DNA of 64,000 bases from NCBI GenBank assembly GCA_030390025.1, contig CM059432.1, forward strand, positions 11,966,001 through 12,030,000, written 5' to 3'. The notes under the pieces were generated by a model. The model searched no databases and was not told where the DNA came from. It saw nothing but the letters and a program-made list of their open reading frames with translations. The translations under genes were made by a program, and so were the position numbers. This document shows, one piece after another, positions 37,480-50,652 of this stretch (the first letter of the stretch is position 1; each line of letters opens with the position of its first letter). This DNA comes from Squalus acanthias. Lineage: Eukaryota.

Positions 37480-37820
37480 CTTTCTTTCAGTAAGCAGCCT
37501 GACAGCACATGACGTCAAGAGATGTAGTGGAGAGATGCGGCTGAGTATCATCTGAAAGCTGACCACTGCCTGCAGGTGATGCCATCGACGGGAAACATGG
37601 CGATAAGGAAGAGGAGGGGCTAGATTTTGGGCCCCCTATTGATGACGGTGCAAGGGGTGGGGTGATGAACAGAAGCCATCGCTGGAGAATGCGCTGGCTG
37701 CGTTTGGATTGATGGGAATGGAACCATGCAAGGGGAGTCTCGTGGAGCTGGACGAGGGAGGCGAAGCATTGGAGAACAAGGCAAATCAAGAGGAGCAGTG
37801 CACCGGGGTCACAGTCACAT
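37480..37820 (-). mobile_element. Degenerate L2 RT fragment
   Basis: gctgagtatcatc (DDTQ on minus); similar to 57805-58225. Confidence 0.55.
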
Positions 37821-37984
37821 TACCAGTCTTCAGCTTTAAACTTTCAACAGGCTCTTTAACATGGACTTAATATGGCATCAGTTGCAAGATACATATATAA
37901 AGTGCACTTTTAGTTGATCGAGATAAGATGGTTTCCAGTCTATCTTCAAAGTTAAAGATTAACGCTGCATACTATTTTAAAAAT

Positions 37985-38408
37985 TTATTTGTTCATGGGA
38001 TGTGGACGTCGCTGGCAAGGCCGGCATTTATTGCCCGTCCCTAATTGCCCTTGAGAAGGTGGTGGTGAGCCGCCTTCTTTGGTACAACCGAGTGGCTTGC
38101 TAGGCCATTTCAGAGGGCAGTTAAGAGTCAACCACATTGCTGTGGGTCTGGAGTCACATATAGGCCAGACCGGGTAAGGACGGCAGATTTCCTTCCCTAA
38201 AGGGACATTAGTGAACCAGATGGGTTTTTATGACAATCTGATAGTTTCATGGTCACCATTACTCGCTTTTTATTCCAGATTTATTTAATTAACTGAATTT
38301 AAACTCCCAGCTGCCGTGGTGGGATTTGAACTCATGTCTCCTGTATCATTAATCCAGGCCTACTGGATTAACTAGTCCAGTAACATAACCACTATGCTAC
38401 CGTTCCCG
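37985..38408 (-). mobile_element. SINE family 2, full length
   Basis: Minus strand: tRNA-like head (ggtagcatagtggtta...gagttcaaatccc), unique body, and a 3' ~90 nt matching the second CR1-group LINE tail. Confidence 0.75.
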
Positions 38409-39360
38409 ATACTTACACAGGGCATACACATTAAATCTGATAAGATATGCTGTATTAACCTAGTTTACACAATCCAAAATGCCTTGCAGCGTAACAGCTT
38501 GTAAGAATAAAAGAGCAGTTCTTGAGTAAAAACAGCAAATGCTGGAAACTCACAGCAGGTCAGTCAGCAGCTGTGGAGAGAACAAACAAGTTCTAATAAT
38601 AACACAGATGCATTTAAGAGGAAGCGGGATCAGTCGATGAGGGAGAAAGGAATAGAAGGTTGTGCTGACAGGGTGAGATGAAGTAGAGTGGGAGGAGGCT
38701 CGTGTGGAGCATAAACACCGGCACAAACCAGTTGGGCCGAATGGCCTGTTTCTGTGCTATAAATACGATGTCATTTAAATCGAAAGTTTACATTTAGTCT
38801 ACATTCGTTTTATAGCTTTCCTAAATAGGGAGGAATCCAAAGCAATTCCTTTCTTTTTACATCTGTGACTACCATTAATGCCATTCTGTAATTTTAGAAA
38901 ATGTAGAAGGCCTCCTGTCACTGGGTGTGGGCAGCGTGGCAGGTGTCGGACCTGCAATGTTGCACACTGCAGCCCACGAACAGCTGCAGGAGCGGCGGAG
39001 GACGGCTGGAAGATTCCACTCCGCTCCAGGGATTTGCAAATGTCATTTGATTCTCCACTTGGCTGGCTCGCTGGCCTCAGGATTTCGAACAGATCCCTTT
39101 GTGCAGATGCAGATAAGAAAACGCTGGTAAAATCAATGCGGAATTATTTCATTGCAAATAACTGAATTCAGATGTTTAAAAGAAAAAAGATTGTTTTTAA
39201 ATTGTGGTTATTGCAACCGAACAAAATGATTGACACTTGACAAACTGTTGAGGTCGCAATTTACTCCCCAAATTCCGCATAAGAATTACACAGAAATTAC
39301 AAGGAAACAGGCCCAGCCAAGCTGTGTTGGTGTTTGTCCCCCACGCCAGCAATAGTTCTA

Positions 39361-39804
39361 GAGTAGATCCTGCAAATCCATTGGCAGGATAGGCGCACCA
39401 ACGTCAGTGTTCTCGCTCAGGCCACCATCCCCAGCATCGAAGCTGTGACCACGCTCGATCAACTCCGATGGACAGGCCACATCGTCCGCATGCCCGATAT
39501 GAGACTCCCAAAACAAGCGCTCCACTCGGAGCTCCAACACGGCAAGAGAGCCCCAAGTGGGCAGAGGAGAAGCATCCGGGTAGGCGCCAAACACCTCGAG
39601 TCTCTTCGCCGGGAGCAAGTGGAAGCCAAGCGCAAGCAGCGCACGTCAACCCAAGCACCCCACCCACCCGCCCCCTTCAACCACCGTCTGCCCCACCTGT
39701 GACAGAGACTGTAGGTCCCGCATTGGACTCATCAGTCACCTGAGAACTCATTTTTAGTGTGGAAGTAAGTCATCCTCGGTTCCAAGGGACTGCCTAAGAA
39801 GAAG
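39361..39804 (+). mobile_element. RTE-clade LINE 3' fragment
   Basis: QLRWTGHIVRMPDMRLPKQALHSEL motif, (aag)n tail, TSD tagttcta (39353-60, 39805-12). Confidence 0.85.
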
Positions 39805-39829
39805 TAGTTCTATAGCCATGTGTCCACCT

Positions 39830-40865
39830 TGTTCCCATTTCCTTTTAATCCCCTCTCCTTCAAACACCTAGCTAATCAGTTAAACATTGGCACGGTCTCA
39901 GTTTCAATCACTAACTCTGGTAGTGCGTTTCACAGTCTCACAGCCCTCTGTGTAAAAACATTTCTCCTTCTCTGTGTCCTAACTCTCGTACATTTAATGT
40001 TATATCTATGTCCCCTCATGCTAGACTCCTCCATCACTGGCAACAGTCTGTTTCTATCTACTCTGTCCCATCCCTTCATAATGTTAAAAACTCTATCGAA
40101 TCACCCCGCAATCTCCTCGGTTCTAATGAAAACAGCCCCACTTTTTCCAAATCTTTCTTCATATTTTTGTATTTCGATCTACCAGGCAGCGTCCTGGTAA
40201 ATCCGTGCTGAACCCTCGCTATTGCCTCAATACCCTTCCTTACAGTGTGGAGCCCAAAACTGCACACAGTGCTCCAACAGTGGTCTTACAAAAGTTTCAT
40301 ATAGATTCACCACTGGCTGGAGTCATACCTAATACAAAGGAAGATGGTTGTGGTTGTTGGAGGTCAATCATCTCAGCCCCAGGACATTGCTGCAGGAGTT
40401 CCCCAGGGCAGTGTCCTCGGCCCAACCATCTTCTGCTGCTTCATCAATGACCTTCTCTCCGTCATAAGGTCAGAAGTGGGGATATTCGCTGATGATTGCA
40501 CAGTGTTCAGTTCCATTCGCAACTCCTCAGATAATGAAGCAGTCCATGCCCGCATGCAGCAAGACCTGGACGACATTCAGGCTTGGGCTGATAAGTGGCA
40601 GGTAACTATTCGCACCACACAAGTACCAGGGAATGACTATCTCCAACAAGCGAGAGTCTAACCACAAATATATCGCTGATCCTTCATCGTCGCTGGGTCA
40701 AAATCCTGTAACTCCCTACGTAACAGCACTGTGGAGTACCTGCACCACACGGACTGCAGCAGGTTCAAGAAGGCGGCTCACCACCACCTTCTCAAGGGCA
40801 ATTAGGGATGGGCAATAAATGCTGGCTTTGCCAGCGATGCCCACATTCCAGGAACGAATAAAAAA
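39830..40865. mobile_element. Old CR1 fragment (minus, 39830-40300) followed by second CR1-group LINE RT fragment plus 3' end (plus, 40340-40865)
   Basis: [19 protein letters not shown]...IFADDCT RT motifs, with an internal deletion before the tail. Confidence 0.8.
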
Positions 40866-41574
40866 ATTTTTATCCAATGCAGCATTTGGGCTGTTGAACC
40901 TGTACAGTTGCACAGGGCCCTCAGTGGATCCATAGCTTCTGATCAGCGGTGGCACTGGCTACGCCCAGCGATTCTTCGCCTCCGCCAACGGATTAACCTA
41001 CATGTAAGAGCCTCCATCAGTCCGTCTATATAGCACACAGCCTGGCTCCATGCTGGAGGGGTACAAGGGCCGAGTTCTCAGTGCACTACTGCGCCATCTC
41101 TCTCTTCTCCCCTCATTCAGAATTTACAATCACTAACGTGGAATAAGATACATTTTCTGCAAGCGTGGAGGAGAGTTGAGGGTAGGGATTAGCCCCCTTG
41201 TTGCTGGGGAACTTTCCCCCTTCTCTCCCCTCCCTCCTCTTTCCCTCCTTCCCTTCCCATACTGCTGGGGAGTTCCCTAACTCTCTTTCCCTTCCCTCCC
41301 TCCCTTCCTTCATTCCCTCCTTCCCTTCCCATGATGTTGGGTAGCACTCAGGCCCTATTCATTTAAGGAATGCCTCTAAAAATGAATCAGGCTCCAAATA
41401 TGCAGGCTAGTTATAACTCTACTCTTTGCAATGAAACCAACAAATGCCGGGTTGTGCGCAATGGCTCGGTCAATATATGAAGAGACAGATTAATGTTTAG
41501 GGTGGAGACACTCCTAGAGAATCCTTTTTCTCTTCTCAGATGCTGATGAGGATTTGACACCACATTACATGGGG

Positions 41575-42850
41575 AATCATAGAGTCATCGAGTCATAACG
41601 GCACAGAAGGAGGCCATTCGGCCCATCGAGTCCATGCCGGCTTTCTGTAGAGCAATCCAGTCAGTCCCATTCCCCCGCTCTATCCCGTAGCCCTGCAAGT
41701 TTATTTCCCTCAAGTGCCTATCCAGTCTCCCCTTGAAAACATTGAGGGCTGAATTTTGATACTGGGGCGGGTTGGGGTCGTGTTATCCACCCGACTGCAA
41801 TTGGATGTGGGAGATTGATGCAATTTTCACCTAATTGGGCAATTGAGTTCCAGCATGTGGGAACCCATGAACCAATTAGTGTTTTCAGTCTGAAAGTCGC
41901 TTCTGGTGATGTCATCATTGCTGCTGCATTGAAGGTCTTCAAAGACTGCCTGGCCTTTGCTGTGAGAGGACCTGGATGCAAAATGAGCAGCAGCAGCCCT
42001 AAGTCTGCTCCCAGATATTTTTACACCACCACTCCCAGATATGTCTCCTCTCTATCCATCCATATATGCATCCCCATAGCCAGCCAGTCAGCCAGCCTCA
42101 ACTATCCATATCCAAATGTGCTCCCGCCAGGTTTCACAATCGTGGTTCACAACAGGCGTGCTTCACGTAGAACAAGGGTTAAAATCACAAAGGCCTTTCA
42201 AAATGGCATTATAGAGCCAATTTAGTGCTTGTTAAGGGCCTTAACAGCCTATCCCGCCTCGTAGAGGTGGGACGGAGTCGGGACCAGCAGACATGATTTA
42301 ATGAAAATTGCATGGAGGCGGGCTTGTGCCCGCCCACCAGTTTTCGCAATTTTAACCCCCCACACGCCTCCAAACCCGCCTCCCGGGTCAATGAAAATCC
42401 AGCCCTGAGTGTCTCCGCTTCCACCACTTCCGTCGGCAGCGAGTTCCAGGTCCTCACCACTCGCTGCGTAAAAAAGTTTTCCCTCACATCCCCCCTGTAT
42501 CTCTTGCCCAAAACCTTAAATCTGTGTCCCCTTGTCCTTGTACCATCAACTAGTGGGAACAGCCTTTCCCCGTCTAGCCTAGCCAAACCCGTCATAATCT
42601 TGTACACCTCTATTAAATCACCCCTCAACCTCCTTTGCTCTAATGAAAACAAATCCAGCTTCTCCAACCTGTCCTTGTAGCTAAGATCCCCCATCCCCGG
42701 AACCATTCTGGTAAATCTCCTCTGCACCCTCTCAAGGGCCTTCACATCCTTCCTAAAGTGTGGTGACCAGAACAGGACGCAATACTCCAGTTGTGGCCTA
42801 ACCAGCGCTTTATAAAGGTTCAGCATAACTTCTCTACTTTTGTACTCAAT
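41575..42850 (-). mobile_element. CR1 3' fragment split by a MITE
   Basis: ORF 42209-42865 (LYKALVRPQLEYC...WNSLP) runs into the MITE; the tail is at 41575-41745. Confidence 0.85.
41746..42405. mobile_element. Harbinger-type MITE
   Basis: GGGCTGAATTTT / AAAATCCAGCCC termini with a TGA TSD (41743-45, 42406-08). Confidence 0.82.
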
Positions 42851-43739
42851 AATATTTAGTATCATTGTCTAGTAAAATGTAGGGGCTCCAAATCGAGCCT
42901 TTGCACGGGGCCCCCATAAGGCCCACTGGATTTAGCATTACACCTCGACTTTTATATTCTACACCTTTTGCTATAAAATCCAATATTCCATTAGACTTTT
43001 TCATGGCCTTATCCACTTGAGTTGCTGCTTTTAATGTCTTGTGAACCTGAATATCTCTCCTTTTTCACAGAACTCATCTTTCCCCTATTAAAAATATAAT
43101 CATTCCGTTTGTTTTATCAAAATGTGCCACCTCACATTTTACTGACATTGTATTCCAACTGCCACTTTTTTGCCCATTTCACCATTGTATCCCTTTATAG
43201 TTTCCTTTGGTCCGCAGAATTATTTACCAAGCTTCCTATTTCATTATTTTCTCCAAATTTGGACACCACTCCCTCTAGTCTCAATCCAAATCATTGATAT
43301 ACACAGTAAATGGAAGCAGTCATAGTGACAGTTTAAGGCAGGAGAGGACCTTCAGTCCATCTAGTCCACCTATCCACAGTATTCCCTTGGTGCATCTCTA
43401 ATAATCCCTGAATCCCAGACTAGAACCTTGTGGGACAAAGCTACCCACTTCCAAGGACTCTAAGAAATTGCTTGATTTCTACTCTCAGTTTCCTCCCTTC
43501 TAATCTGATTTAAATTGAATTTGCTACCTTCCCTAACTCTATACCACTTAACCTTCTCCAACAGTCTCCTGACATAGCCTTGTCAAAGGCTTTCTGAAAG
43601 TCCATGTACACCACATCCACTGCATTTCCCCCATCCATCATATCTGTCAGCTCCTCAAAGAACTCGATCATTTTAGTCAGGGGCTACTTGTTTTGATATA
43701 AGGTAATGCACAAACATTGTTACATGGTCATACCGTGAT

Positions 43740-44677
43740 CACAGAATCATAGAATAATACTGCACATTCAGCCCATCGTGCCTGTGCCGGCTCTTTGAAA
43801 GAACACTTCAGCTAGTCCCACTCCCAGCCCTTTCCCTGTAGCCTGCAATTTATTTCCCTTCAAGTATTTATCAAATTCGCTTTTGAAAGTTACGATTGAA
43901 TCTGCCTCCACCACCCTTTCAGGCAGTGCATTCCAGATCATAACAGCTCGCTGTGTAAAAAAGACATTTCTCATGTCGCCTCCGGTTCTTTTGCCAATCA
44001 CCTTAAATCTGTGTCCTCTGGTTCCTGACCCTTCCGCCAATGGGAACAGTTTCTCTCTCTTTACTCTATCGAAACCATTCATGATTTTGAACACCTCCAT
44101 CAACTCTCCTCTCAACCTTCTCTGCTCTAAGGAGAACAACCCAAACTTCTCCAGTCTATCCACGTAACTGAAGTTCCTCATCCCTGGAATCATTCTCGTA
44201 AATCTGTTCTGCACCCTCTCTCAGGCCTTGACATCTTTCCTAAAGTGTGGTGCCCAGAATTGGACACAATGCTCCAACTGTGATCTTTGATGTTTATTAA
44301 TTATCTTCTCCCACCGTTTTATAGAATGACTACCCTTGTCCCCAGTCAGGTCCAGTAATACCACATGTGATGCAGCGTCGCTAGTGTAGGACATGTGTAG
44401 CAAGCCCATAACTCACCACACAGCGAGTTCCTGATATCAGATGGAGCTACCGAAGGTGGTGCAGAGTGGAGGCACCCATTTGCTCTAAGAACATAAGAAA
44501 TAGGAGCAGAAGGAGGCCATTTGGCCCCTCGAGCCTGCTCCGCCATTCAATAAGATCATGGCCGATCTGATCTTGGCCTCAACTCCACTTTCCCGCCCGC
44601 TCCCAATAACCCTTGACTCCCCGGTAGTTCAAATATCTGTCTTGAATATATTCAATGACTCCGCCTCCACAGTTCTC
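43740..44677 (-). mobile_element. Two CR1 3' fragments (43740-44280, 44488-44677)
   Basis: ORF RFTRMIPGMRNFSY...WNALPERVVEA and CR1 3' UTR. Confidence 0.85.
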
Positions 44678-45904
44678 TAATTGTATATCTGTTCCAAGTG
44701 GCAAAAGAACAACCCTGAGAACAGGTTGCCTCCCTCTCCGCCTGATGGCGGGGCAGAATATCAAACAACAGAGCCGAGAGATATAAATACTGAAACAGAC
44801 GCTTCATTCATCTGACCTTCCAGTAAATGGACCTCCTTTTACCATGCGCGCCAACTGTTACAGCCACAGCCATTTGCTAACTCACCCTGGTGGGTGCCTG
44901 TGGTAACTGGGGGAGGGGAAAGTCCCAGCGGCAGTAAGATTGAAGAACTTCTAAAAATAAAAAGGAGCAATCAAAGTTTATTTTAAAACAAATAGCAGAA
45001 TGCAGATTCAATGATCATATACTTTTGATGCTCCTTCCAATCACACAAGTAAGGAAGAAGAGGCAAGAAATTCACTGTTTAATTCCCTAGTTTAATAAAA
45101 TAAATTTGTGTGGGTTTTTTTTTAAACTTTAAAAGTTGGTCGTATTAGAACGTCAGTAAAAGAGTTTGCCATTTCAGACACGAGCTGACCAGAGACACGA
45201 TCCCAATTTGGAATCCAAACAAATGTTTGCTGGCTCCGAAAGCCCCTAAGGGGCGATTCTTGATTTAGTTCCATGTCTGTGATATACGGTCGCAGTGGAG
45301 TCAATCTGGTCGCTGGTGTGGAGCTAGCTGCTCCGCAGACTGAAAGCAACCTCCCTGCCACCTGTTCCCCTTCCTTACAAGCCAAAACGAGAAAAGCGAT
45401 CGCAGCGTTCTGAGCGCTGGTGAAAAGGACCAGCGTGGAGGCCGTCAGATGTTCAGCTGCACTGAGTTGGGGTGCTACCCACTGGAAATACATTGGGGTT
45501 TAAATTTAACACGGTTGCGCCCCTATTGTGCGCCTAAAATGGGTGTGACAATAACTGATTTAGCAGGACAAAGGCCCATGGCCAACATGCATGGGGGTTC
45601 AATCGACAGCAAAGTTGCTGGAGGCCATTTTTTTTAGGCGGCCAAAATGAACGCAGGCCTTATTTCAATACTGATTAATACTAAGGATATCTTTCATGCC
45701 ATTGGTGAATTTTGTTTTGGTGGTGGTGGGGATGATGGCGGACAGTGTCAGCGGGTATGCTCACGAGAGTGAACTACACGAGCGACACAAACTGGTGCTG
45801 CTGTATCGCAAGAGTTGAACTCAAATGATAGGAACTGCTTTTGTCTTTCAAGGTAAAATGTGAACCCTGCATACATTACATATATACAATAAGTCTACAC
45901 TATT

Positions 45905-46128
45905 ACAAAAGCAAAATACAGCGGATGCTGGAATACAGAAATAAAAACAGAAAATGCTGGAAATACTCAGCAGGTCAGGCAGCATCTGTCGAGAGAGAAG
46001 CAGAGTCAACGTTTCAGGTCGATGACCCTTCGTCACGAAGGGGCATCGACCTGAAACGTTAACTCTGTTTCTCTCTCCACAGATGCTGCCTGACCTGCTG
46101 AGTATTTCCAGCATCTTCTGTTTTTATT
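45905..46128. mobile_element. Penelope-like fold-back insertion
   Basis: Imperfect inverted repeat centred on 46034; 15-bp TSD taagtctacactatt (45890-904, 46129-143). Confidence 0.78.
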
Positions 46129-46665
46129 TAAGTCTACACTATTGTTGGTCTATTTATTGTATTCTGCCCAAGGGCAGGTCCGAACTCAAGTCTCACATAT
46201 GAGATTCTTGAGCCACTTACTAGGGAAGAGTAGCTGAGGTGGTTTCCCATTACCTGGCTCATGGTTTTCACCTTCGGAGTACCGTCTCCTAGTTGGGCTG
46301 TAACCAAGGCTAAAGGTTCACTCGCACTCACCTGACGCTAGTACCCCCCCCACTGGACGTCAGCCTGGTATTCGGGGCTGGGGCTGTCCGGAGTGGGGCT
46401 CAAACCCACCCCTTCTACCTCAGGGGTAAGACTAATACAACTGAGCCAATGGTCACTCTGTCCAGTTGCGAGTACCCCAGCTGGATGTCAACCCAATGTT
46501 TAGAAACCATGTTCTAGTCCCCACTGGCCGGGGCTGGAACCCTTGACCTCTGACTCAAAGGTGGGTTTGAACCCTTGACCTCTGACTCAGAGGTAGGAAT
46601 GCTAGCCAACTAAGTCAAAAGCTCGCTCTGAACTACACTATTTTACAAGGCTTAAAATAAAACAC

Positions 46666-47068
46666 CTTCTTCTTCTTAAGCAGTCCCTCGGAACCCAGGA
46701 TGACTCGCTTCCACACTAAAAATGAGTTCTCAGGTGACTGATGAGTCCAATGCGGGACCTACAGTCTCTGTCACAGGTGGGGCAGATGGTGGTTGAAGGG
46801 GGCGGGTGGGTGGGGTGCTTGGGTTGACGTGCGCTCCTTGCCGCTTGGCTTCCGCTTGCTCCCGGCGAAGAGACTCGAGGTGTTTGGCGCCTTCCCGGAT
46901 GCTTCTCCTCCACTTTGTGCGGTCTTGGGCCAGGGATTCCCAGGTGTCGGTGGGGATGTTGCACTTTTTCAAGGAGGCTTTGAGGGTGTCCTTGAAGCGT
47001 TTCCTCAGCCCACCTGGGGCTCTCTTGCCGTGCCGGAGCTCCGAGTAGAGCGCTTGTTTTGGGAGTCT
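46666..47068 (-). mobile_element. RTE-clade LINE 3' fragment
   Basis: Homologous to 39361-39804; C-terminal CPTCDRDCRSRIGLISHLRTH zinc finger; (ttc)n tail. Confidence 0.85.
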
Positions 47069-47229
47069 TAAACATCTTAACTAATGAATAAATAACAAAA
47101 CAATCACCATGAAGGAGATAAACCTGAAAACTAAAAGTGCCTCAAAAGGCAGGCAATAATGTTGGTGAAAAACAGCCCACCAAAATATTAGCAACCCAAT
47201 ATCAGCATTGTCTTTAGCAATGTCTTTGA

Positions 47230-47600
47230 ACTTCAACATCTTACATTTATATAGCGCCTTTAACATAGTAAAACGTCCCAGGGCGCTTCATAGGAGCGAT
47301 TATCAAACAGAATTTGACACCAAGCCACATAAGGAGATATCAGGACAGGTGAAGGAAAGTCCTAAGGAGCGTCTTAAAGGAGGAGAGAGAGGTAGAGTGG
47401 CGGGAGAGGTTTAGGGAGACAATTCCAGAGCTTGGGGCCCAGGCAGCTGACGGCGTGGCCGCCAATGCTGGAGCGGTTAAAATCGGGGGATGCGCAAGAG
47501 GCCAGAACTGGAGGAGCGCAGAGGTCTCGGAGGGTTGTAGGGCTGGAGGAGGTTACAGAGATAGGGAGGGGGAGAGGTTGTGGAGGGATTTGAAAACAAT
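47230..47600 (-). mobile_element. L2 LINE 3' fragment
   Basis: catttatatagcgcctttaac terminus; homologous to 61790-62185. Confidence 0.75.
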
Positions 47601-48071
47601 CCAGCACAGAGGGAGGGGGAGGTTAGTGAGGCAAATATGAAACAGTTGTGACTTGTTTTGGTCTGGTAGCTATACCTTTAAATCAGTCACGATACATGAG
47701 ATTGTAAAAAGCTACATACAGCCGCAACTTATTTTGTTACATAGGTCCCAAAGTTTTGTTGTTATCGTCACCATGGTAACAAGGTTGAAAGGCACAATTT
47801 TCAAATATACAAACTTTGTGATTGGTTCAGTTATGTTATTTATCTAAATGAAGGTGGCAGTAAAGAATTCAAACTAATCCTTGGCAACAGGCCGAGAGCT
47901 ATATAAAGAAACGGGTGAGCAATCTTCGGAGTGTAGTTAAACTGAGCAAACTGAGATATTCATAGAGGGGCAAGTAGATTTCAGCTTGCACCCAATAGGT
48001 GGTAAGGAGACAAGGAAAGCTGTTTATATAACAGGTGTTTATATAAATACAGGTTAGCAGTCGGATTTATT

Positions 48072-49491
48072 GGCCTGGAGTTTCCGCATGTTCTCAGATA
48101 TCAGCACAAACGGGCGGAATCGACTGAAACAGCGCAGAAGATCGCAGATTTTAAAACGCAAGCGAGTTACACCCATAACCACTGTCGCTCGAGTTTCCCC
48201 GATCTTTCACGCTGGTTCAAAAGTCAATTCGCCCGAATCAGTCCCCGCCCGACAAAACTGGCCAAGCCCCCCAGCTCGGCATGGCGAGTTTCCTCCTATT
48301 GCGCACGTTCGCGGGGGGGGCGGGGGGGGGGGGTGTTCATCACATTGCGCCCAGATTCTCGGGCGCACAGGCCCCCGTGGTCACATTAATCCGTCATTTA
48401 TGACCTGCGGCTGCAGTGATGGGCAGTCGATTGAAGCCTCACTCGGGTCTGTTTCTCCTACTGGTGCTACAATGACTTTAAATTGAGTTTAAATGAGTTC
48501 AAATGCAGTCAACTGATCTGCCCGAGGTACATAAGACCTGCGATCAGCAGTCAATTGAAAACCACTGACTGGCTGGTTTCTTCGGCTGCAGCAATTACTT
48601 GAACACATTTTCATAGAGTTATACAGCACAGAAAGAGGCCCTTTGGCCCAACGTGTCCGCGCCGGCTATCAAGCCCTGTCTATTCTAATCCCATTTTCCA
48701 GCACTTAGTCCATAGCCTTGTATGCTATGGCGTTTCAAGTGCTCATCTAAATGCTTCTTGAATGTTGTGAGGGTTCCTGCCTCTACCACCCTTTCAGGCA
48801 GTGAGTTCCAGATTCCAACCACCCTCTGGGTGAAAAAGTTTTTCCTCAAATCCCCTCTAAACCTCCTGCCTCTTACCTTGAAACTATGCCCCCTGGTTAT
48901 TGACCCCTCTACTAAGGGGAAAAGTTCCTTTCTATCTATCCTATCTATGCCCCTCATAATTTTGTACACCTCAATCAGGCCCCCCTCAGCCTTCTCTGCT
49001 CTAAGGAAAACAACCCCAGCCTGCCCAGTCTCTCTTCATAGCTGAAGCGCTGCAGCCCAGGTAACATCCTGGTGAATCTCCTCTGCACCCTCTCCAATGC
49101 AATCACATCCTTCCTATAGTGTGGCGACCAGAACTGCACACAGTATTCCAGCTGTGGCCTAACTAGCGTTTTGTACAGCTCCATCACAACCTCCCTGCTC
49201 TTATATTCTATGCCTCGGCTAATGAAGGCAAGTATCCCATATGCCTTTTTAACCACCTTATCTACCTGTCCTGCAGTTTAAATTAGTTTCATTCAGCAAT
49301 CGTGAGGCCCCATAGGCCTTGTTCCAGTCAATGCTCGATTGCGCTGATTCAGGGGAGATTTTACGCTCGGGCTTATGCAAATGAGTTTGCGTGGAAACTT
49401 GGGCGTAACTTCACCCCGGCCAACCCGCGCAGTGTCCGGCGCATTCCAGGCGTAGTTTCCCAATTGCGCTCCCTGGTGGAAACTCCAGACC
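48072..49491. mobile_element. Harbinger-type MITE containing a nested CR1 fragment (48612-49275, minus)
   Basis: GGCCTGGAGTTTCC / GGAAACTCCAGACC termini with an ATT TSD (48069-71, 49492-94). Confidence 0.8.
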
Positions 49492-50652
49492 ATTAAACAT
49501 TTGTTATTTTTCCTCTTTCAGTCAATGAATGATATAAATTCTGTGCCGATTCACTCACTTGTTCATTATTTGTTAAATAAATGCTTTCTATTTGAAAACG
49601 AGTATGAGGACTGGCGTGGTGTATCGCTTGCTTGTCGAGAACTGGAGATAGATCTGGCGGAGCCAGAATAATCATTCCAACAACTTGAAAATAACGAACA
49701 AACTAGGGTTTTCTGTTCAGTTCCCCAGGTGCGCTATTGAACGTTTCACTTAGCCAGGCTAATGAAGGCACTCTACAAGATGTCTAGAGTCGGAGTTAAC
49801 CTGTGAGATTGATCAAAGGTACTTTTAAGGAAGCATAGAAGCTGAAAATTAACAAGGATTTTGTTTTTGCTAAGTGCTATGAGAACAAAGAATGCATTAC
49901 TGCAAGCGGCTATTAAAAGCAAGTTGATCACAGCATTTAAGAGGGAATTAGATGAATTTGAAAAGGAAACTAGTCAAGGGAAAGTCCAGGAAGTGGCTGT
50001 TAACGGAGATTAGTCCTTTGTTCAGCTAGAACCAGCACAGGCACTGTGGACCAAATGGCCTCTTTCTGTAGTGAAACTTCGATGATTCTACAATAGCAAT
50101 GCCTTCTGCAATGTGGCCTGGGAGCTGCAGGTCTTACAATCTCACAAAGCTTGGGTTTTCAATGTTTACATCTACAAAGACCACCATCACGGCTTTTTTC
50201 AAAATTGTCTGAATCTTCCCTTCGGTACATCCTCCTTTTAACAGTTGCGCTCACTCTCTAAATAACTTTTGGCTTTTTAATACAAAGAAACATTCTTGCG
50301 GCTCACTCCTTCCCTCTCCCTCCCCCGCTCCACAATAGATGGCTCTCTGGTACGAGAAATAACTTGCAAAATTTACGGCAGCTTGTTTTCAAAATGTGAA
50401 TGCTTCGAACGCCTTCTCTTGCCCACATGCATAACTCGTCCATGAACTCAGAACTTAATGCATGCACCAATAATTATCAATGGGTTTGTTAAGGTCTTGC
50501 TTCAGGGTATGATGGTTACATGCGGACTTTTCTTTTTTTTTCCCCAAATAAACTTCGACAGAATGAAATGCTGGAATTCCGAAATAAAAAAAAAGAAAAA
50601 TGCTGGAAATACAAAGCAGGGCAGTCAGCATCTGTAAGTGTGACATCATAGA

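Noticed and set aside
41210..41335. Polypyrimidine tract (also GA-rich tracts at 61540-61790 and 62490-62800, and poly-G/C runs)
   Set aside because: Ordinary low-complexity sequence.
42209..42865. 218-aa ORF with a novel C-terminus
   Set aside because: CR1 ORF2 reading into the MITE at 42405.
45122..45493. 123-aa ORF in unique sequence
   Set aside because: No recognisable domain or supporting splice structure.
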